A DNA stretch of 50,562 nucleotides, from assembly GCA_002790655.1 (NCBI GenBank), contig PFVO01000042.1, positions 1-50,562 of the forward strand, in the 5' to 3' direction. Shown piece after piece: positions 44,332 through 50,562 of this stretch. Under the pieces are notes generated by a model. The model did not search any database. It was not told the origin of the DNA and worked only from the letters and a program-made list of their open reading frames with translations. The translations under genes and the position numbers were made by a program. Positions within the stretch are counted from its first letter, which is position 1. Every line of letters begins with the position of its first letter. This stretch comes from Candidatus Moranbacteria bacterium CG_4_9_14_3_um_filter_44_28 (GTDB lineage: Bacteria; Patescibacteriota; Minisyncoccia; Moranbacterales; UBA11712).

Positions 44332-45528
44332 TTAATTTCCCGGATCAAGGCTTTTTACCCGCGCTTTGCCGCTATGCCGGCTGTCGCTGAATGAAATGTA
44401 CAATTTGTTTTCCGAAACGGCGAGTGAGGGATCTCCTTTTCCTTTTCCACTCGAAAGATATTTGCTTCCCCTGCTCTTCGTTTTTTCCCAACCCTGGCCG
44501 CTCCAGGATTTGGCTTTCACTTTCCATTTTCCCCGCCCGATTTTCTTCGAGTAAGCGACAAAAACTTTTCCTGCTTGATTTGCGGCTATCGCCGGCTCAA
44601 CGGTTCCTCCCGTTTCCGCGATTCCCCCGCCGACACTTTCCCAAGAGCTGCCGTTCCATTTGAGAACATGAATATTTTTTTCGTTTTTTCCCGCATAAGT
44701 GAGAAACAGATTCCTGTTCACGTCAGCCGCAAGATTTGGGCTGAACCCCCGCTCTTCGCTTATTAGTCCGTCCGGATGATACCCGTCAGAAAGATTTTCC
44801 CAGGAACTGCCATCCCATTTTTTTGCCCGAATTCTCCCGCCGGAATTGATGTCTTCAAAGGCAGCGTAAATTTGATTGTCAATCCGCGACGGAGCCAATG
44901 TTACTTCGGAAGCTGTTGAATCGCTAATCAGGCCATCCGGATTATTCCCGTCTTCAACGTTGCTCCAGCCAGAGACGTCATTCCACTTCATTACCCGGAT
45001 TCGCTCACTGCTTGCCTCATCGCGAAAAGCGGCGTACAAATTTTCCTGCGACCGGTCAAAACACAAATCAGGTTCAAATCCCTGCTGACTGCTTATATAA
45101 CCGAGCGCGTGGCCGGAATCCTCCAAATCCGACCAGCTCGATCCGCTCCATTTTCGCACTCTCGCTCTTCTTCCCGCGTCTAAATCCGTATACGCCGCAT
45201 AAATGTCATCGCCTTTCGTTTCCAGAACCGGGTTCCAGCCATTGCGGGCAATATAGCCCTTTTTTGAGTCGCCGGATAAATCAGTCCAGCTTGAGCCATC
45301 AAATTCTCTGACAAAAACTCTGTCCCGTTTGTTTTGGAAAGCGAGATATATTTTCCCCGAATCAGAAACAGCAATGTTAGTTTCATTGGCTTTCTCCAGA
45401 CTCGCCAGCCCGTTTTTTGTCTTTCGGCCGTTCAAATCCGTCCAGTTGTAATTCGAAGCCGAATACACAAAAAGAGGCAAAAAAACCGCCGCGAAGAGAA
45501 AAAAAATTATTTTATTTTTTCTTATCAT
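44332..45528 (-). CDS. Secreted protein with seven ~50-aa repeats (beta-propeller-like, possible lectin)
   Basis: Signal peptide IIFFLFAAVFLPLFVYSA. Seven repeats each carry [SG]SW[ST][DN]L ... [IL]Y[AL]A[FY] ... R[VI]..KW. ATGA and zero-gap junctions with both neighbours. Confidence 0.6.
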   Translation of the reverse strand: MIRKNKIIFFLFAAVFLPLFVYSASNYNWTDLNGRKTKNGLASLEKANETNIAVSDSGKIYLAFQNKRDRVFVREFDGSSWTDLSGDSKKGYIARNGWNPVLETKGDDIYAAYTDLDAGRRARVRKWSGSSWSDLEDSGHALGYISSQQGFEPDLCFDRSQENLYAAFRDEASSERIRVMKWNDVSGWSNVEDGNNPDGLISDSTASEVTLAPSRIDNQIYAAFEDINSGGRIRAKKWDGSSWENLSDGYHPDGLISEERGFSPNLAADVNRNLFLTYAGKNEKNIHVLKWNGSSWESVGGGIAETGGTVEPAIAANQAGKVFVAYSKKIGRGKWKVKAKSWSGQGWEKTKSRGSKYLSSGKGKGDPSLAVSENKLYISFSDSRHSGKARVKSLDPGN

Positions 45529-46409
45529 TGTGATATTTGTTTACTCACGCTGTAATTTGCCGGCTTTTTTCCGTATTGAATGACGGAGATTCCAACCTCG
45601 CCGCTTTCTCCGTCTGTTTCCACGCTTATGTCGGCAAAACTGCCTCTTGCTTTGCTGTCAGTCAGGTTATTGATAACAAAATAATTTATGCCATTTTTTT
45701 TCTCGCTGTAATTGACGGCATGATGTCCGCTGAAGACCGCAACGACATTCCCGTATTTCTCCAAAACGTTCCTCACCGCGTCCGCGCTAAGTATATTAAT
45801 TCTCCAACTGCTTCCTTCCGGAGTCGAGACAGGACTATGATGGGAAAAAACAATTACCGGAAGTTCAGTATTCAGTTGTTCATCAAGCCAGGCAAGCTCT
45901 TTATCGGAAACTCTCCCGTTGGTCTTGTATTCGTCTTCGCCGGAAGCCAGATCATTCGTATCCAGAGTAATTATCCTTGCACCTTTCGTGTCCGTTACTG
46001 AATGATTATAATTGATTCCTAGATTTTCCTGAACTTCTTTTTTGGACAAATGGGATAAATCATGATTGCCGATGCAGTATCTTCTTGGAGCATCAAGACG
46101 CCTGAAGACCCTGTTAATTTCAATCATTTGTTTCTTGGCTTTTTTCTTGCTGACCCCGCTACCAAGAATGTAATCACCGCCCCCAATGACCAAGTCCGGC
46201 TTAAATTGGTTATTGTAATGTGCAACTGCTTGTTTTAAATATTTTTTGGCTTTATGGGGCAGCTTATGGGTGAATTTCTTGTATTTCCCGTATTCCCAAT
46301 CCGTCACAAAGCCGATTTTGAGCGTTTCGGCTCTGGCAAAAGAAAAAAGCGCAAAATTCGCCAGCAAAATGAAGATTATTAAAATAACTTTATTTTTTGT
46401 TTTTGGCAT
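45525..46409 (-). CDS. Secreted/anchored calcineurin-like metallophosphoesterase
   Basis: Start trimmed to MPKTKNKVILIIFILLANFALFSFARA (TGATG junction with the upstream GT2). GGGDYILG, GNHD, FSHHSP and GHHAVN motifs. Confidence 0.8.
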   Translation of the reverse strand: MPKTKNKVILIIFILLANFALFSFARAETLKIGFVTDWEYGKYKKFTHKLPHKAKKYLKQAVAHYNNQFKPDLVIGGGDYILGSGVSKKKAKKQMIEINRVFRRLDAPRRYCIGNHDLSHLSKKEVQENLGINYNHSVTDTKGARIITLDTNDLASGEDEYKTNGRVSDKELAWLDEQLNTELPVIVFSHHSPVSTPEGSSWRINILSADAVRNVLEKYGNVVAVFSGHHAVNYSEKKNGINYFVINNLTDSKARGSFADISVETDGESGEVGISVIQYGKKPANYSVSKQISQ

Positions 46410-47386
46410 CAGTGGAACTCCCCCTTTCTCTTTTGAATAATATGTCTTTTCTTCAGAAGACCCGGAATATTCCAAATCACGCTTCCCCACGCTCTCAATA
46501 TTACAATCGCCACTCTCGCTTTGCTCTGCCCGCTTACAAATTCCGTCTCCCGTTTCTTTTTTCTGAAAACATTGAAAACTAGCCGGACATAACTCAAAAG
46601 TCTCCAAAACAAAGTCTTTACCATCAATCCGCAGGGATAATTTTTGATAATCGTGAAAAAATAATTCCGGTGAAGATAGTAAGCTTTCATAAGCGATGTT
46701 TTTCCAGCCGTTCCGCTGTGAACGTGATAGACGATCGAGCGCGGGCAATAATATGATTTTAGACCAGCCAGCTTGATTCGCCAAGCCAAATCCACGTCTT
46801 CATAAAAAGCAAAGTGGCCGTTATCAAAATATTCCCCTTTTCTAAATTGCGTCTTTTCCAGCGCTTCCCCCGTAAAAAGCGAGGCTGTCCCGTTCGCGCC
46901 GAAAATTTCTTTTTCTTCGCCGTATTTTTTCCCGCTTTCGCCATATCCTCTGTTATGAGCCGTTCCATCGCGCGTTATATAAATTCCCGCGCAATCGATT
47001 TTATTTTTCTCGAAAAAATTCAGAATTTTCGGCTGGATTGAGCCGGCATCCGGATGCCTTTCAGCACAATTTACCAATTTTTCAACGTATTTTTCGTCCA
47101 ACTTTGTATCATTATTTAAAATAACAACGTACTTTACGTTTTTGTCCTCAAGCGCTTTTTTGATACCTATATTATATCCAAAGCAGAAACCGGTGTTTTT
47201 TTGGAGTTTTATAATTTCCGTTTCCGGATAATTTTTCCCGACGAAATCAACCGAATCGTCTTTTGATCCGTTGTCCACGAAAATTATTTTGAAATTTTTG
47301 TAAGTATGATCTTGAAGCGAGCCAAAACAATCCTTGAGATATTTCTTCCCATTCCAATTGACGATAATTACGGCTATATTAATCAT
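46409..47386 (-). CDS. Glycosyltransferase family 2
   Basis: INIAVIIVNWNGKKYL, FVDNGSKDDS, ILNNDT and FAFYEDVDLAWR. Confidence 0.88.
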   Translation of the reverse strand: MINIAVIIVNWNGKKYLKDCFGSLQDHTYKNFKIIFVDNGSKDDSVDFVGKNYPETEIIKLQKNTGFCFGYNIGIKKALEDKNVKYVVILNNDTKLDEKYVEKLVNCAERHPDAGSIQPKILNFFEKNKIDCAGIYITRDGTAHNRGYGESGKKYGEEKEIFGANGTASLFTGEALEKTQFRKGEYFDNGHFAFYEDVDLAWRIKLAGLKSYYCPRSIVYHVHSGTAGKTSLMKAYYLHRNYFFTIIKNYPCGLMVKTLFWRLLSYVRLVFNVFRKKKRETEFVSGQSKARVAIVILRAWGSVIWNIPGLLKKRHIIQKRKGEFH

Positions 47387-47465
47387 AATAAATTTACGAA
47401 AGCGAAAAATAGAATTTCGAGAGTATCGCGTTCTGCCCGACTTTTGTCGGAGCAGGTTAGCCTAC

Positions 47466-48683
47466 TCAAGAAATGCTATTTTTCGCTTTCGCATCTTGCA
47501 ACCTCGACCGCAGGTAATTATAATATTCGCTGTTGTGGCTGTTTTTCGTTGTGTAGTCCCGCAAAGCTTTTTTTCGAGCTTCCTTGCCCATGCGCTCGCG
47601 CAAGTTTTTATCCAAAATAAGTTTTTCCAGCTTTTCAAGCCATTCTTTGATATCTCTGGCAAGAAAACCATCCTCGCCATCAAAAATTGCCTTACTGAAT
47701 GTCTGATTCCTCACAGCTACTGTCGGAACGCCCAAAATTCCAGCTTCGAAAAACTTGAGCTCTGATTTTGATTCGCAGAACGGATTGTCTTTTTCAAGCG
47801 GAATTATGTTTATATCAACACTCGATATGTTCTTAAAATGTTCTTCTCGAGAAACAAATGGCAGCTTCTCGATTTGATTTTGAAATTTATCGAATTTCTC
47901 GCTGATGTCGAGCGGACCGGCGAGAACCAATTTCACGTTCGGATATTTCTCGAGAATTAGAATCAGCGCGTCCTCGATCGTCGCGAAATTTTTGTCGTGC
48001 CCTTTTGTCCCGGCAAAATATCCTATTCTCAAGCCATTATCTTCTGTCAAAGGCCCAACCTTCCGCATTTTTTCTTTTAGAATTTTATCAGCTACTTCAA
48101 GATCTTTTAGAGACAGTTTGTTTTTTGACACAAAAACTCTTTTCCCATAACTTTCTAAAATTTTTGCAAGATATGTCGTGGTAGTTGTGCAAACTTTCAC
48201 GTACGGATCTTTTAATACTTCCGCCCCGACTCCTTTTTCGTATTGCCTTCGCTCCAGAGCATTCATCTTTTCAAGATGAAACATATACCTGAAATATTTC
48301 GGATTAAAAACCAGATCATCTGTTTCAAAAATAATTTCGCCTTTATTTTTTTTGATTTCCTCTATCAGCTTGGCAATCCCCGGGGTATATAAAATCCGAT
48401 GAAAAATGAAGATTTTGAATTTATCCGCGTACCTCGGGAGAAAAGGATTATCCTGAATCGTCACTGAACATTTGAAACCATGAAGTTCTAATTCTTCTCT
48501 TTGATTGTGCGCTCGATATCTTGCGCTGTCTCCAACCCCAACTGTCACAAACAAAATATCCCCCGGCCGAACCCGGCCGAACTGCGCCAGAAATGATTTC
48601 GCTACCCGCTTCCCGCCGCGAAACAGCCCTTCCTGTTTTAGAGCGCTAATCACTTTTCCGGTTTTTATAATCAGAGTTTTCAT
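47466..48683 (-). CDS. Glycosyltransferase (GT-B, group-1-like C-terminal half) with divergent N-terminal domain
   Basis: C-terminal ..IIPLEKDNPFCESKSELKFFEAGILGVPTVAVRN.. resembles the GT1/GT4 nucleotide-sugar-binding half. ATGA overlap with the upstream GT4. Confidence 0.6.
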   Translation of the reverse strand: MKTLIIKTGKVISALKQEGLFRGGKRVAKSFLAQFGRVRPGDILFVTVGVGDSARYRAHNQREELELHGFKCSVTIQDNPFLPRYADKFKIFIFHRILYTPGIAKLIEEIKKNKGEIIFETDDLVFNPKYFRYMFHLEKMNALERRQYEKGVGAEVLKDPYVKVCTTTTTYLAKILESYGKRVFVSKNKLSLKDLEVADKILKEKMRKVGPLTEDNGLRIGYFAGTKGHDKNFATIEDALILILEKYPNVKLVLAGPLDISEKFDKFQNQIEKLPFVSREEHFKNISSVDINIIPLEKDNPFCESKSELKFFEAGILGVPTVAVRNQTFSKAIFDGEDGFLARDIKEWLEKLEKLILDKNLRERMGKEARKKALRDYTTKNSHNSEYYNYLRSRLQDAKAKNSIS

Positions 48684-49858
48684 CTCACCAGTAATTTGAA
48701 AATTTCAAATAATTTCCGGGCTTCTTTTTCTTCACTCAAATTTTCTAAATCATAATCTACCCTGTCCTCGCTCTCGATATTCGCTAAATTTTTCGCGAAA
48801 TCATTAAATGATTTCAAATAATATCCCTTCTCACCTAATCTTGCCCGATTGAATTCATTTTCAAAACAAATCACCGGAAGACCCGCCGCCATGTAGTTCA
48901 CCAATTTTCCGCTTGATTCGGTTGAATCTTTTTTCGGGTCTATTCCAGCGTTCGCGAGGACGAGATAATGCGGGAGAGAAAAATAATTCACCTTTCCGGC
49001 AAAATATACCAAATCTCCGAGATTATTTTCTTCGATAAATTTTTTATATTTTTCTTCGTCGCTTCCGAAGCCGCCGAGCAGAAGCTTCCAGCCACTATTT
49101 TTCCAAAGCTCGGCTTTTTCCTTCCCCGACTCGTCGGGGAATTCCTCAAAGCCAAGCTTTTTAAAAGCTTCGAGTAAATTTCCAACCCCCTTATTATCGC
49201 TCAATCCGCCGACATAGACCAGCAGCTTGCTGTTCCCGGCCCATTCTTTTATTTTCTTGATTTTTTCCTGCTCTTCTTTCGATAAATTTTGCGTATTTTT
49301 AAATAAATCCATGTCTACCCCGTCCTTTATTACAGTTGTAGGTGTCGGACACCTACAAATAACATTTTCACTGCTAACCACAACTCTATCCGCCCAGTGA
49401 ATAATTCTTTTCGAAAACCAAACAAAAAATTTTCGGGCAACGGAATTTTTTCGGCTATAGCTCGCAAATTCTTCATCAATATTCCCCTGCAGATCAAAAA
49501 TGATTGGAATATTTTTTCGGCAGGCCAGTTTTTTGGCCAGATATCCGACTGCCAGTCCTTCGTAAAGATGCATGTGAATCAAGTCCGGCTGGAAATTCCT
49601 GATTTCCCGCCACGCCAAAAAAAGAAGTTTGAAATCAAGCCAAAGTTTCCCCCACGAAAATCCAGACGTTGTTTTTTTGTACCATTTCGGACCTTTTATC
49701 CTCGCGATATCAAGTCCGGGAACATTTTCGCCGATATGATAAGTACAAAGGCGCATCCGCGCGCCCAGTTTTTGCAAATATTTGGCTTCGTTATAGATTC
49801 TTATATGACAGCCGCGGTCAGAAAAAAAAGGCGTCGCGGCGATGGTCAATATTTTCAT
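48680..49858 (-). CDS. Glycosyltransferase family 4
   Basis: Start at the ATG (MKILTIAATPFFSDRGCHIR); the track start is a TTG. GT-B layout. Contains a 23-bp palindrome at 49336-49358. Confidence 0.75.
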   Translation of the reverse strand: MKILTIAATPFFSDRGCHIRIYNEAKYLQKLGARMRLCTYHIGENVPGLDIARIKGPKWYKKTTSGFSWGKLWLDFKLLFLAWREIRNFQPDLIHMHLYEGLAVGYLAKKLACRKNIPIIFDLQGNIDEEFASYSRKNSVARKFFVWFSKRIIHWADRVVVSSENVICRCPTPTTVIKDGVDMDLFKNTQNLSKEEQEKIKKIKEWAGNSKLLVYVGGLSDNKGVGNLLEAFKKLGFEEFPDESGKEKAELWKNSGWKLLLGGFGSDEEKYKKFIEENNLGDLVYFAGKVNYFSLPHYLVLANAGIDPKKDSTESSGKLVNYMAAGLPVICFENEFNRARLGEKGYYLKSFNDFAKNLANIESEDRVDYDLENLSEEKEARKLFEIFKLLVR

Positions 49859-49910
49859 GAATGTAAAATGCAAATCTCAAAATTAAAAATGACAATGTAA
49901 ATTGTCAAAA

Positions 49911-50282
49911 TTATTTCTTTTCTTTTAAAGTTATGATGCCCTTAGCAATAACATTTGATATTTCGACTAATTCTTGTAATAACCAGCTCAATTCTTTTTG
50001 ATCTCCCTTCCCAGTATCTCGCAAAAGAGCTAGCCATACTTTCGATTCATTCGCTGATTTCAGAGAATGAGTGAAAAAATTTATAAAATCCTTTTTTGAA
50101 CTTGCTGAATTTGCTTCGATATAATTAGCCAGAATACTTGTCCCGCTTCTTAACAATTGCTTTCCCATAACATCACATACGGAATTCTTGGGAAGTTTAT
50201 CTATAAATTTAATCAGTCTCAAAACAAAATTGTATAATCTTTTTTTAAATTCATTTTTAAATTTTGCCTTGTCATTTTCCAT
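49911..50282 (-). CDS. Four-helix-bundle protein (23S rRNA intervening-sequence protein / Avd-like family)
   Basis: 123 aa. GKQLLRSGTSILANYIEANSASSKKDFINFF.HSLKSANESKVWLALL matches the family signature (QL.RS.tSI.aN..EA....SkkDFi....i...E..Et.yWL.LL). Confidence 0.8.
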   Translation of the reverse strand: MENDKAKFKNEFKKRLYNFVLRLIKFIDKLPKNSVCDVMGKQLLRSGTSILANYIEANSASSKKDFINFFTHSLKSANESKVWLALLRDTGKGDQKELSWLLQELVEISNVIAKGIITLKEKK

Positions 50283-50298
50283 TTTGATTTTTTCATTT

Positions 50299-50562
50299 TC
50301 AATTTTTTATGATTTCTCTTATCTTATAATTCATCTTCCCCTGCGACTTGTAATAGTTTTTCACCGCGATATCGGCCAGAAGTCCGAAAACAAAAAGCTG
50401 AATTCCCATGAGCACCAAAAACACGGCGACAAGCGGCCAGATTTTATTTGAGAGCGGAACGTTATAAAAAACTCGCGCGGTTATAAGTCCGGCGCCCGAA
50501 ACCACGCCCAGAAAGAAAATAATTAACCCTCCCGCCCCAAACAAATGCAAAGGACGGTTGGC
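50299..50562 (-). CDS. C-terminal part of a GT2 polyprenyl-phosphate glycosyltransferase (partial; continues beyond the window)
   Basis: The two C-terminal TM helices and the MGIQLFVFGLLADI motif parallel the C-terminus of the GT2 at 18214-19164 (VGIQLFVFALIADM). The ORF is open to the window edge. Confidence 0.65.
   Translation of the reverse strand, partial: ANRPLHLFGAGGLIIFFLGVVSGAGLITARVFYNVPLSNKIWPLVAVFLVLMGIQLFVFGLLADIAVKNYYKSQGKMNYKIREIIKN

Noticed and set aside
46410-46784. N-terminal extensions of track ORFs that overlap the upstream gene: 45525-46784, 5627-6559, 14896-15360, 34008-34055.
   Set aside because: Internal ATGs give canonical N-termini (signal peptide, PHPP motif, TM anchor, IscU start) and tidy ATGA/TGATG junctions. 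The extensions overlap well-supported CDSs or a repeat.
49911-50282. Diversity-generating retroelement.
   Set aside because: Only the Avd-like gene is present. No reverse transcriptase ORF and no template/variable repeat pair were detected in the window.
1-50562. Searched the intergenic gaps (largest 215, 147, 146, 142, 122 and 109 nt) for tRNA, rRNA, tmRNA, RNase P, SRP RNA, a CIRCE operator, transposase or integrase genes.
   Set aside because: None of the gaps shows cloverleaf-compatible or other recognisable conserved RNA signatures by eye, and no ORF has transposase or integrase motifs. A covariance-model scan would be needed for certainty.

Overview
This is a visibly AT-rich, gene-dense bacterial segment with short or overlapping intergenic junctions (many ATGA start/stop overlaps). 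Gene content suggests a small-genome Patescibacteria/CPR-like organism; that placement is inference only. Housekeeping genes: groES, fmt-def-priA, glyA-folD, rplI, pyrG, rpmA, gltX and nifS/iscU. They are interleaved with two large cell-envelope glycosylation loci (about 9.8-26.1 kb and 38-50.5 kb). These loci hold many GT4/GT2/GT-C glycosyltransferases, a Wzx-type flippase, an O-antigen-ligase-like protein, an LCP protein, a TagA/WecG enzyme, a secreted 7-repeat propeller-like protein and a secreted metallophosphoesterase. Two RNA-end repair enzymes (RtcB, and a 2H phosphoesterase ThpR/LigT) sit inside these glycosylation operons. An AMMECR1 / LigB-type / radical-SAM trio lies upstream of priA. 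No rRNA, tRNA, CRISPR array, transposase or integrase was found. The most unusual signal is several families of small GC-rich palindromic elements lying in-frame inside protein-coding genes. The clearest family has three copies: two in thpR and one in an ArnT-like glycosyltransferase. All six 13-bp arms are identical (CCCCGCACCACAG ... CTGTGGTGCGGGG), yet they flank unrelated cores of 39, 54 and 51 nt. Other cases are a perfect 15-bp-arm palindrome in a Tmk-like kinase gene and a roughly 112-nt 'CHPERSRG...VEMT'-type element inside the O-antigen-ligase-like gene, with a related copy in the nifS-iscU spacer. A 7-nt tandem repeat sits at the 5' end of a cell-wall hydrolase gene.
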